Of a DNA stretch of 64,000 nt, positions 18,688-26,897 are shown in pieces (within the stretch, counting starts at the first letter, position 1; every line of letters starts with the position of its first letter). This DNA is from Myxococcota bacterium. GTDB lineage: Bacteria; Myxococcota_A; Polyangia; Polyangiales; Polyangiaceae. Made by a program: the position numbers and the translations under genes. The stretch is taken from the NCBI GenBank assembly GCA_963169915.1, contig CAUJEM010000123.1, forward strand, positions 12,914-76,913. The letters run 5' to 3'. A model generated the notes under the pieces. It ran no database searches, was not told the DNA's origin, and worked only from the letters and a program-made list of their open reading frames with translations.

Positions 18688-19902
18688 ATGAAGCGCTCGA
18701 CCATGCTGCCGGTCGAGGTGCTCGCCCTCATGTCCCTTGGCCTCGCCGGAGCTTCAGGGGTGGAAGTGGCGCTGCACCGGCGCCGGCTCCGCCGTCTGGG
18801 CGTCCGCGTCCACGTCAACGGTACGCGCGGCAAGTCCAGCGTGACGCGGCTCATCGCCGCCGGCCTCCGCGAGGCTGGGGTGCGCTGCTGCGCAAAGACC
18901 ACGGGGACCTTGGCGCGCTTCATCCTCCCAGACGAGCGAGAGCTCCCCATCTATCGCCCCGCCGGCGCCAACATCATCGAGCAGAAGCGGATCGTTCAGG
19001 CGGCCGTCGAGTGCGGAGCGCAGGCCCTGGTCGTGGAGTGCATGGCGCTCCGGCCGGAGCTGCAGGCGCTGTGCGAGCGGAGCTTGATCTCCGCGACGCA
19101 CGCCGTCATCACCAACGCCCGCCCGGATCACCTGGAGGTGATGGGCCCGGGACCTCGGGACGTCGCGGCGGCCCTCGCGGGCATCACCCCGCGCGGCGGC
19201 GTGGTCTACACGGCGGAGCGCGAGCAGATCGACGTGCTGCGCGCCGCCGCCAAAGACCGCGGGGCGCGCCTCGTCGAGGTGGGCGAGCAGGACGTCGCCG
19301 AGGTGACGGCCGAGCAGCTCGCGAGGTTTCGCTACCGGGAGCACCCAGACAACGTCGCCCTCGCGCTGGCGGTGCTGAGCGATCTCGGCGCCTCTCGGGA
19401 GGTAGCGCTGCGCGGGATGCAGCGCGCCCAGCCGGATCCGGGGGCGCTCACGGAGCACCGCTTGGACTACTTCGGTCGGGAGCTGGTGTTCGCCAACGCC
19501 TTCGCGGCGAACGACCCGGTCTCCACCGAGCAGCTCTGGAGCGCCACCCTGGCGCGATACCCCGAGCTGCGGCCACGCATCGCCATCTTCAATTGTCGAG
19601 CGGATCGGGTGGAGCGCTCGCTCCAGCTCGGGGCCGCCGTCGGCTCCTGGCCCGCCGCGGACTACGTGCTGCTCATGGGAAGCGGGACGCACGTCTTCGC
19701 CCAGGCGGCCGAGCGCTCGGGCTTCGACGCCACGCGGCTCGAGAGCGTGGAGGGGCTGCGGGTGGAGGAGGTGTTCGAGCGGGTGATCTCCTTGGCGGGC
19801 ACGGGCGCCTTGGTGATGGGCCTGGGCAACATCGCCGACGAGGGCCTCGAGCTGGCTCGGTACTTCGCCAACCGCGCCTTGCCCGAAGGGAGGAGAGCAT
19901 GA
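18688..19902 (+). CDS. pgsB: Poly-gamma-glutamate synthase PgsB/CapB (Mur-ligase-like amide ligase)
   Basis: ATG 18688 (MKRSTMLPVEVL...). N-terminal TM, then VHVNGTRGKSSVTRLIAAGL (P-loop), then GANIIEQKRIV...ALVVECMALRPELQ, typical of PgsB. Confidence 0.9.
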   Translation: MKRSTMLPVEVLALMSLGLAGASGVEVALHRRRLRRLGVRVHVNGTRGKSSVTRLIAAGLREAGVRCCAKTTGTLARFILPDERELPIYRPAGANIIEQKRIVQAAVECGAQALVVECMALRPELQALCERSLISATHAVITNARPDHLEVMGPGPRDVAAALAGITPRGGVVYTAEREQIDVLRAAAKDRGARLVEVGEQDVAEVTAEQLARFRYREHPDNVALALAVLSDLGASREVALRGMQRAQPDPGALTEHRLDYFGRELVFANAFAANDPVSTEQLWSATLARYPELRPRIAIFNCRADRVERSLQLGAAVGSWPAADYVLLMGSGTHVFAQAAERSGFDATRLESVEGLRVEEVFERVISLAGTGALVMGLGNIADEGLELARYFANRALPEGRRA

Positions 19903-20357
19903 GTGAGTTGCTGACGCTCGCGGTGGGGCTAGGGCTCGTCGTGGGGCTGCTCTTCACGGAGCTGTTCGGGCTCACCGCGGGCGGGATGATCGTGCCGGGG
20001 TACCTGGCGCTCAGCCTGAATCGCCCGCTGGACGTGGGCCTGACGCTGGTGGCGGGGCTCTTCAGCTTCCTCTTGGTGCGCGCGCTGTCGTCCTTCACCT
20101 TGGTGTACGGCCGGCGGCGCACGCTCGCCATGATCTTGGTCGGATTCCTCGTCGGGTGGGGGCTGCGCCAGGTCGCGGTCGGCTTGCCTCACGCGGCGGA
20201 CGATCAGCTCTCGGTGATAGGCTTCATCATCCCCGGCCTCATCGCCATCTGGTTCGATCGCCAAGGGATCGTCGAGACGCTCGCGGGCGTCATCAGCGCC
20301 TCGGTGGTGGTCCGGCTCTTCCTCATCGTGCTCATCGGCGGAGAGCTGGTCCGATGA
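19899..20357 (+). CDS. pgsC: Poly-gamma-glutamate biosynthesis membrane protein PgsC/CapC
   Basis: 152 aa, four hydrophobic helices. LTAGGMIVPGYLAL and FIIPGLIAIWFDRQG resemble PgsC. ATGA overlap with pgsB. Confidence 0.9.
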   Translation: MSELLTLAVGLGLVVGLLFTELFGLTAGGMIVPGYLALSLNRPLDVGLTLVAGLFSFLLVRALSSFTLVYGRRRTLAMILVGFLVGWGLRQVAVGLPHAADDQLSVIGFIIPGLIAIWFDRQGIVETLAGVISASVVVRLFLIVLIGGELVR

Positions 20358-21502
20358 AGAGCCTCTACTGGCGCCCGCCGGGGGTCTCGCGCGCCGCGCT
20401 CTTGCTCATCGCCAGCGTGTCGGTGGTGGCGCTCTCTGCGGCCGAGCACCTGAAGGTGCGCCGCGAGCAGCCGTACTACGAAGTGAAGCTGCAGGCGGCG
20501 CGGCTGGCCGAGCGCGGCATGCAGGCCATCAAGGCGGAGAAGCGCCGGCTCGGCATTCATCCGGACTTGGAGATCGATCCCGCGGACACTGGGATGATCG
20601 GCGAGGCCATCACCCCGGTGACGGCCAACACGGGCTACTTGCTCGCCAAGCGGCGCAGCGTAGACCCCAATTTCGCGGCCATCATGGTCGAGCTGCTGGA
20701 GCGCGCGGGCGTCGAGCGTGGCGACAAGGTAGCGGTGGGCGTCTCGGGCTCCTTCCCCGCGCTCAACGTCGCCACCTTCGCGGCGCTGACGGTGCTCCAG
20801 GTGGAGCCCGTGGTCATCGCCTCCACGTCGGCGTCGGAGTGGGGGGCCAACCACGTGGAGTACCTCTGGCTCGACATGGAGCGGACGCTCGAAGCGGCGC
20901 ACCTCATCGGGTTTCGCTCCATCGCGGCCTCGCTCGGCGGGATCGACGACCGTGGCTATGGAATGTCCAAGGAGGGACGACAGTACCTCGAGCGCGCCGT
21001 GGAGCGGGCGCACATCCCCCTCATCAGCGTGACGGGCCTCACCGACAGCGTAGAGCAACGCATGGCCATCTACCAAGAGCACGCTGGCGGGCGCGCGTAC
21101 AAGGCGTACATCAACGTCGGGGGTGGCGCGGCCTCCGTCGGTACCCACGTCGGCAAGAAGCAGTTCAAGCCGGGGCTCAACACCTCACCGCCCCGCGGCG
21201 CCGCGCTGATGGACTCCGTGATGTACCGCTTTGCGCTGCGGGACGTCCCCGTCATTCACGTGACGAGCATCGACGAGCTGGCCAAGCACTATGAGCTCGC
21301 GGCCCCGCCTCCCGGGAAGGCGCCCGTCGTCGGACAAGGGGGCATCTACGCCAAGCTCGAGTATCGACGCTGGCTCGCGGCGCTGGGGCTCGTCGTGGTG
21401 CTCGCCACCATGGTGTTCTTCATTCGCTCCGACCGCGGGCATCGGCTGCTGCGCGTGCGGGGGCGCGTCCTCGCGTCCGATCAGCCCCAGAAGATGATTT
21501 AG
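20354..21502 (+). CDS. Poly-gamma-glutamate system protein (PgsAA-type third component, not CapA/PgsA metallophosphatase-like)
   Basis: 382 aa with N- and C-terminal TM anchors. ATGA overlap with pgsC. Size, topology and position match the PgsAA-type family found with pgsBC in non-Bacillus lineages (recalled from memory, not searched). Confidence 0.65.
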   Translation: MKSLYWRPPGVSRAALLLIASVSVVALSAAEHLKVRREQPYYEVKLQAARLAERGMQAIKAEKRRLGIHPDLEIDPADTGMIGEAITPVTANTGYLLAKRRSVDPNFAAIMVELLERAGVERGDKVAVGVSGSFPALNVATFAALTVLQVEPVVIASTSASEWGANHVEYLWLDMERTLEAAHLIGFRSIAASLGGIDDRGYGMSKEGRQYLERAVERAHIPLISVTGLTDSVEQRMAIYQEHAGGRAYKAYINVGGGAASVGTHVGKKQFKPGLNTSPPRGAALMDSVMYRFALRDVPVIHVTSIDELAKHYELAAPPPGKAPVVGQGGIYAKLEYRRWLAALGLVVVLATMVFFIRSDRGHRLLRVRGRVLASDQPQKMI

Positions 21503-21560
21503 CGAGCAGAGCGCCAGCTCCGGGTTGTCGAGGGGGCCGCTCTCGCGGCATCCTACCGTC

Positions 21561-22538
21561 ATGTCCCGAGCCCTGGTCGTCGCCTTGAGCGCCTGGTGTG
21601 CAGCCTGCAGCCTCTCGTCGGGTGGCGGCGCGCCGGAGGGTGGCGCTGGGAGGGGCGCCGCGGCCGGGGAAGGGGGCGCTGGAGGCGGGAGCGGGGGCCT
21701 GAGCGGCGGCGGCGGCGTGAGCGGGAGCGGCGGCGGCACCGGGCGAGACGTCTGTGCGCGGTGGCGGGCGGATCGTGAAGAGCTCTCCGAGGGGAGCTGG
21801 AGCGGTGACGTGAGCCGCTGCACGGCGGGAGATACGGACGCCGCGGGGCGCGCTCGGGCGCTCAAGCTCGTCAACCTCTACCGGTTCTTGGCTGCGCTGC
21901 CGCCCGTCACGACGAGCCCTGAGTACGACGGACAGGCTCAAGCCTGCGCGCTGCTGATGGACGCGAACGGGCAGCTGTCGCACAGCCCACCCCAGAGCTG
22001 GACCTGTTACTCCGCCCTGGGCGCGCAGGCCGCGGGTCAGAGCAACATCGCCTCGACGCCCGGGGTCGCCGCCGTCGATCTCTACATGGCAGATCCAGGC
22101 AACCCCACCACCATCGGACATCGACGCTGGATCCTCTCCAACTCACTCGGCCCCATCGGGCTCGGGAGCACGCGGCGCTACTCCTGTATGCTCGTGATCG
22201 GCGGCAGCGGCGCCGCCGGCGCGCCGTGGACGGCGTTCCCGCCGCCGGGGGAGGTGCCGCTCCAGCTCTTCTCGATCTCCTACGCGTCGCTCGACTCTAC
22301 GGGCTGGACGCTGCAGAGCGACAGCATCCCGCTGGACGCCGCGGAGGTCCAGGTCTCGGAGGGGGGAGCGCCCCTGCCGGTGAGCGTGACGCAGCTCGCG
22401 GGTGGCTTCGGGAGTCGCTACGCGCTGCGCTTCAACCCACAGGGCTGGAGCGCCGAGGCGGGGCACACCTACGCGGTCCGCGTCACGGGGCTGAGCCAGC
22501 CCATCGAGTACGACGTCGAGGTCGTGGACTGCCGTTGA
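21561..22538 (+). CDS. CAP/SCP/PR-1-like domain lipoprotein with a Gly-rich linker
   Basis: ATG 21561 (MSRALVVALSAWCAAC lipobox). Gly-rich spacer. Motifs LVNLYRFLAALPPV ... GHRRWILSNSLGPIGLG resemble the bacterial CAP superfamily. Confidence 0.65.
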   Translation: MSRALVVALSAWCAACSLSSGGGAPEGGAGRGAAAGEGGAGGGSGGLSGGGGVSGSGGGTGRDVCARWRADREELSEGSWSGDVSRCTAGDTDAAGRARALKLVNLYRFLAALPPVTTSPEYDGQAQACALLMDANGQLSHSPPQSWTCYSALGAQAAGQSNIASTPGVAAVDLYMADPGNPTTIGHRRWILSNSLGPIGLGSTRRYSCMLVIGGSGAAGAPWTAFPPPGEVPLQLFSISYASLDSTGWTLQSDSIPLDAAEVQVSEGGAPLPVSVTQLAGGFGSRYALRFNPQGWSAEAGHTYAVRVTGLSQPIEYDVEVVDCR

Positions 22539-22542
22539 GCGG

Positions 22543-22567
22543 CCCGCGGCGATCCTGTCGCCGCGGG
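22543..22567. terminator. Bidirectional hairpin terminator between convergent genes
   Basis: cccgcggcga (22543-22552), 5-nt loop, tcgccgcggg (22558-22567). Perfect 10-bp stem in the 48-bp gap between the stops at 22538 and 22587. Confidence 0.5.
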
Positions 22568-22586
22568 GCGCTCGAGACGTGGCGGC

Positions 22587-23297
22587 TCAGGGCGCCGAGG
22601 TGAACGTCGCGGTCCGGCGCTGTGAGGCCTCGATGGAGCTCTCACGATCCAGCCCAATGTCGGTGGTGCCCTTGCGGGTGCGCCACAGGGTGATGGTCAG
22701 GTCACAGGCCTTGGGCTCCGAGCCGCCCGTGGAGTCGAGCTGTCCCTTGGCAATGACGAAGCTCCCGCTGTCGCCGGGGATGCTGAACTTCTTGCTGAAG
22801 ATGCAATCGCCCTTGACCTCCATCCGCATGGAGTCTCCTCCCGTCGCGGGGTCCCAGGTCACGGTGAGGTCGTCGCTCGCGCGAGAGGGGCTGGTGGTGG
22901 GCAGCGCTCCGATGGTGAAGGGGGCCGGTAGAGAGACGGTGTTGTCCGGGGCGTCCTCGTCCTCACCACGCAGCAGGCTGACCGTGAAGGGCGTGTCTTG
23001 CGCGTTGGTGGCGAACTGCGCCAGGTAGACGCCCTCGGACTCCGCGTGCATGTCCTTCGTCTCTTCCGCAGCCTTGGCGACGAGCTTGTCGCCGCCCTCG
23101 AGCATGACGTAGGTGTTGCTCTCGTCGCCGCCGACGCGCAGCGTGGCCTCCACCTCCGAGGAGCCGCTGGCGGAGCCGGTGACCACGATGGTCGCGGCGA
23201 TGCCCTTGGTGCGGATGTTGGCGGAGGAGACGGTCTCCTTCGAGCAGCCGGTGGCGGCGAGGGCGAGGGCCGAGAGTGCGAAAAAGCCAAATTTCAT
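22587..23297 (-). CDS. Lipoprotein, unknown function
   Basis: MKFGFFALSALALAATGCS lipobox. Beta-rich, Ser/Thr/Gly-rich mature part. Confidence 0.75.
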   Translation of the reverse strand: MKFGFFALSALALAATGCSKETVSSANIRTKGIAATIVVTGSASGSSEVEATLRVGGDESNTYVMLEGGDKLVAKAAEETKDMHAESEGVYLAQFATNAQDTPFTVSLLRGEDEDAPDNTVSLPAPFTIGALPTTSPSRASDDLTVTWDPATGGDSMRMEVKGDCIFSKKFSIPGDSGSFVIAKGQLDSTGGSEPKACDLTITLWRTRKGTTDIGLDRESSIEASQRRTATFTSAP

Positions 23298-23556
23298 GAG
23301 AGCCTCCTAGTGTGTTGAGCCTCAAGCAAACAGCGGGCCAGCCGCTCAGCTTAGCCAATTTCCCGTGACGCTGACCACTGGGTACGACGCCAGGGTCAGC
23401 CTGGGTGTGGCCCAAGAGCGACAGTGCGCGGGCCGCTGCCTAGCGCTCCCAAAGAAGAAAAGGCAGGGTCACGTCCCTGCGGGGCCTCGCCTCGGGGCGC
23501 CCGGCGTGACGTCACGGTGACGCTCCCGCCTCCCGCTGGCTCGGGGCGCTGGCGCG

Positions 23557-24156
23557 CTAGGAGGGCTCGACCGTTGGCGCCGCGTCCGCTGCGGGGCTCT
23601 CGCGGAGCAGTGCCCGGAAGCCCGCTCCCAGGGCCCAGACGAGCACGAGGGGGCTCAGCCGCAGCAGCCAGCCGCCGAGCTCCCGCTGCTGAGCCATGGA
23701 AAACGAGCCGCACAACAAGGCCTTGTAGTTCGAATAGAAGGTCCCGAGCGCGAACACCATGGAGGTGCCCTGAATGGCGAGGGCGGCCTTGGCCACGAAG
23801 GGCAGGCGCGGGAAGCCCGCCGACATTGCGAAGCCGGCGCTCAGCAGCGAGAGGTGCAGCAGTCCGTCCGCGACGTCGGACGAGCCGATGGCGTCGACCG
23901 AGCGAGGGATCATCCAGAAGTTGACCGTGATGATGCCGAGCGCGAAGCCTCCGAGCCCGCGCGGATCGACGAGCGCCAGGAGTCTCGGACGTGATCTGCC
24001 CGCCAGCCATCCCAGCATGAACCAGGCGGGCATCTGCAGCAGCATCACCCGCGGCATGCGCTCATCCAGCCAGTCGTCCACGGGGCTGAGCCACAGCGCT
24101 GCGGTGACGGCGAGCCAGGCGCCGCGCAGGAGCCAGGTGAGCGCCGTCCCCTTCAT
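23557..24156 (-). CDS. Multi-pass membrane protein coupled to Sco1 (possible oxidase assembly factor)
   Basis: ATG 24156 (MKGTALTWLLRGAWLAV...) overlaps the Sco1 stop (ATGA). About 5-6 hydrophobic helices. The ORF extension to 24432 was rejected. Confidence 0.65.
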   Translation of the reverse strand: MKGTALTWLLRGAWLAVTAALWLSPVDDWLDERMPRVMLLQMPAWFMLGWLAGRSRPRLLALVDPRGLGGFALGIITVNFWMIPRSVDAIGSSDVADGLLHLSLLSAGFAMSAGFPRLPFVAKAALAIQGTSMVFALGTFYSNYKALLCGSFSMAQQRELGGWLLRLSPLVLVWALGAGFRALLRESPAADAAPTVEPS

Positions 24157-24809
24157 GGTCGAGCTCCTGGCTCGAGCTCGGCGCGAGCCTCCGAGGGGAG
24201 CGCGGCGGTGAGCTCCCGCAGCTCCGCCGCCATGTCCACGGGCCTCATGTCCGGCGAGTAGATGCGGACGATCTTCCCCGAGGGGTCGAGCAAGAAGGCG
24301 TCGAGCCCGTGGTTGATGAGCCCGTCCTTGCGCCGGAAGATCCAGACACCCAGGCGCGCCATCGTGGCGTCCGAGTCCGGCCCGACCAGGGAGGCCATGG
24401 ACCACCCCTCGTGCGCTCCATGGGCTCGCCACATGGCGGCGAGCTGCTCTGGAGGATCATGATCGACCGACAGACTGATGACCTGCAGCTTCGACGGGAT
24501 GAGATCCTTCAAGAGGACCGACACCCGCGCGAGGTTGGACATCGCGATGGGGCAGCCGTCGGGGCAGCGCAGGTACATGGCTTGGACCAAGCGGTACCGG
24601 TCCGAGGGCGCCGCGACGTCCCACTGGGACCCCCGCTCGTCGATCACGGGGAGCGCAGGTGCTGGGCGCGGGATGGGCCCCGCCTCCAGCAGCGCGATGG
24701 AGAAGTTGGTGAACGCACGGAAGCCGTGCGTCCACCCTCCAATCAGCGCGACGGCGCAGGCAATGACGAGCAGAGGTGCTACGCCAGCCGCCCACGCCCG
24801 CGGCTTCAT
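24153..24809 (-). CDS. SCO1/SenC-family copper chaperone (thioredoxin fold)
   Basis: N-terminal TM anchor. Motif YLRCPDGCP (CxxxC) with a downstream His (LINHGLDAFLLD). ATGA overlap with the subunit I stop. Confidence 0.85.
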   Translation of the reverse strand: MKPRAWAAGVAPLLVIACAVALIGGWTHGFRAFTNFSIALLEAGPIPRPAPALPVIDERGSQWDVAAPSDRYRLVQAMYLRCPDGCPIAMSNLARVSVLLKDLIPSKLQVISLSVDHDPPEQLAAMWRAHGAHEGWSMASLVGPDSDATMARLGVWIFRRKDGLINHGLDAFLLDPSGKIVRIYSPDMRPVDMAAELRELTAALPSEARAELEPGARP

Positions 24810-26260
24810 GACGCTGGATCGGGGGAGGCACCCGCTTCGGGGGCTGCCCCGCGCCCCTTCACGACGGAGAAGCCGAAGCCGATGGCCCCGAGCAAGAACA
24901 CGATGGCAAAGGCTGCGCCCAACGTGGCGAGCGTAGCACCTTTCTCAGCCAGGCCACCGAAGGAGGCCGCTGCGTAGCTGGAGACGCGGCGCGGCAGGCC
25001 GCTCATCCCGCCGAGGTAGAACATCAGCAGGAAGCCATAGCCGCCGAGCAGCATGGTCACCAGGCTCCCCACCGCGAAGCGCTCCGCGGACGACTTGAAG
25101 AAGTCGTGCAGGAAGCCCATGAACATCAGCACGTAGCCCACCAAGAAGTAAGTGTGGAAGTGGCCAGGCACCCACAGCGTGTTGTGGAAGTAAGTGTTGA
25201 CCATGATGGTGGAGTCGACGACCGCGCCCACCCCGCCCACGGCCCAGCCGATGGCGCCGAGCGCGAAGGCCAGCGGGGTGAAGCTCCACTTGACGCCAGA
25301 CTTGTAGACCTGGCTGCCGATCCCGAAGATGGACACCGCGGTGGCAGGGAGGGCCGAGCCGTAGGAGGCGAGCTGCCCGATGATGTGCAGCGCCTTCACC
25401 TGGGCAAAGTCCATGTAGAGGTGGTGGAAGTAGGCGAAGAGCACGAACATCAGGGTGGCGTTCCACGCGATGGCCGTCACGCGGTTGACACCCCACGGGC
25501 GGCCGGTGAAGCGCGGCAGCACGTAGTAGATGGCGCAGAGCCCGCAGTAGATGCACACGTTGACGATCGTGTGACCGAACATGAACATCGTGTTTTTCAG
25601 CAGGAGCGGGTCCAGCTCCACGCTGGGGGACAGCCACTTGAGCAGATAGAGGATGAGCGTGGCGGCGCCGGACAGCGTCCCCAGCGTGCCGGCGATGGCG
25701 CACATGGCGGCGATGAGCACCTGCGCGGGCAGGGGCTCCTCCGGCGTCTTGCCTGCGATGTACTCCCACGCCAGCAGCCGCTTGGCCCCCCACTTGGCCG
25801 CGAGCGCGCGGAGGATGTCCAGCTGGAAGATGAGCCACGCCACGCCCATGAGGATGAGCGCGATGATGGACGCGCCGGTGGCCCAGCTCGGCCAGGCCGG
25901 TCGCACGAAGGGCAGCGGGTAGAGCGCGTACCAGCCGGGGCCGAAGCCGCCGAGCAGCGTGGCAGCGAGCAAGACCACCGCCCCCACCACGAACAGGCCC
26001 CAGGCGGCCCAGGAGACGCCCAAGCTCACCTTGCAGCTATGGGAGGTGATGTACCAGATGACGGCCAGACCCCCGGAGAACAGCGCGCCGGCCATGCCCA
26101 GCCCGTGCATGGTCATGATGGCGTAGAAGGTGGTCGGCGAGAGGCTGACCTGAGCGCCCTGCGCCAAGCGCATGGTGATGCCGAGCGTCACCATCACCAG
26201 GAACACGAGGAAGGCCGTGAGCAGCCAAGCAATCGTCGCTTTTCGAATACTCTTTTCCAT
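24806..26260 (-). CDS. Heme-copper oxidase superfamily subunit I with Asn in place of the cross-link Tyr
   Basis: 484 aa, about 12 TM. His ligands in TMHGLG, FGHTIVN, YFHHLY and PGHFHTYF. Helix VI reads H230-T-I-V-N234 rather than H-P-x-V-Y. Confidence 0.9.
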   Translation of the reverse strand: MEKSIRKATIAWLLTAFLVFLVMVTLGITMRLAQGAQVSLSPTTFYAIMTMHGLGMAGALFSGGLAVIWYITSHSCKVSLGVSWAAWGLFVVGAVVLLAATLLGGFGPGWYALYPLPFVRPAWPSWATGASIIALILMGVAWLIFQLDILRALAAKWGAKRLLAWEYIAGKTPEEPLPAQVLIAAMCAIAGTLGTLSGAATLILYLLKWLSPSVELDPLLLKNTMFMFGHTIVNVCIYCGLCAIYYVLPRFTGRPWGVNRVTAIAWNATLMFVLFAYFHHLYMDFAQVKALHIIGQLASYGSALPATAVSIFGIGSQVYKSGVKWSFTPLAFALGAIGWAVGGVGAVVDSTIMVNTYFHNTLWVPGHFHTYFLVGYVLMFMGFLHDFFKSSAERFAVGSLVTMLLGGYGFLLMFYLGGMSGLPRRVSSYAAASFGGLAEKGATLATLGAAFAIVFLLGAIGFGFSVVKGRGAAPEAGASPDPAS

Positions 26261-26272
26261 CTTGCCCTCGCC

Positions 26273-26800
26273 TCACTCCACGGTCAGGGAAGCCACCATG
26301 TTCTGGTGCATGATGCCGCAGAACTCCATGCAGAGGACGTGGTAGGTCCCCGGCTTGTCGAACACCATGCGCAGGCGGTTGGTGTAGCCCGGCATCGCCT
26401 GGGTCTGCGCCAGGATATGACCGTCGTCGTCGTACACGCCGAAGCCGTGCGTGACGTCCGAGGTCGTGACCGCGAACTCGATGGTGGCGCCCTGCGGGAC
26501 CACCACGGGGCCTGGCGCGCCCTCGCGCTCCATCTCCCAACGCCACATGTGCCCTGTCACCTTGACGACCGCGGCCGGGGTGGTATCGGCCAGGGCCTTG
26601 TAGGGCGTATAGAGCAGCGTGGTGCTGAACGTCCCGAGCAGCACGAGCGCGAGCACCATCGCGTAGTACTTTCGGACCTTGTAGACGACTTTGTTGCCGT
26701 CCGGCACCCTCTCGCGTGCGCCTCGCATCACGAAGAAGGCGACCGCGAAGATGGTCAGACTCAGGATGAGGGTTATCAGACCCGCGATTTGGACAATCAC
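26273..26800 (-). CDS. Heme-copper oxidase subunit II with a CuA cupredoxin domain
   Basis: 175 aa. Two N-terminal TM helices. CuA ligands in VTHGFGV and HVLCMEFCGIMHQNM. Confidence 0.9.
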   Translation of the reverse strand: MIVQIAGLITLILSLTIFAVAFFVMRGARERVPDGNKVVYKVRKYYAMVLALVLLGTFSTTLLYTPYKALADTTPAAVVKVTGHMWRWEMEREGAPGPVVVPQGATIEFAVTTSDVTHGFGVYDDDGHILAQTQAMPGYTNRLRMVFDKPGTYHVLCMEFCGIMHQNMVASLTVE

Positions 26801-26880
26801 AGCAGCGATCCTTTCACGTCGTCGGTGAGGTGCTCAGGGAGCCAAAGCCGGCGGCAGCCTAGACGAAGGCGCGGGCGAAT

Positions 26881-26897
26881 GTAAGCGGAACGTAAGC
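26881..26897. promoter_or_regulatory. Direct hexamer repeat GTAAGC-N5-GTAAGC upstream of the oxidase genes (candidate regulator site)
   Basis: gtaagcggaacgtaagc has 11-bp centre-to-centre spacing, about 80 bp upstream of the subunit II start, inside a locally GC-poor patch. A related cttacgtaa lies at about 27046-27055. Confidence 0.2.

Noticed and set aside
23505-23516. Perfect 12-bp palindrome cgtgacgtcacg (CRE-like TGACGTCA core) in the gap between two minus-strand genes.
   Set aside because: It is a single short palindrome with no second copy or obvious promoter context. That could occur by chance in GC-rich DNA and is not enough to call a site.
25106-26884. 592-aa plus-strand ORF antisense to the oxidase subunits I and II.
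   Set aside because: It spans two real minus-strand genes with clear heme/Cu ligand motifs. Its composition (Arg/Gly/His/Glu/Asp runs) is not protein-like.
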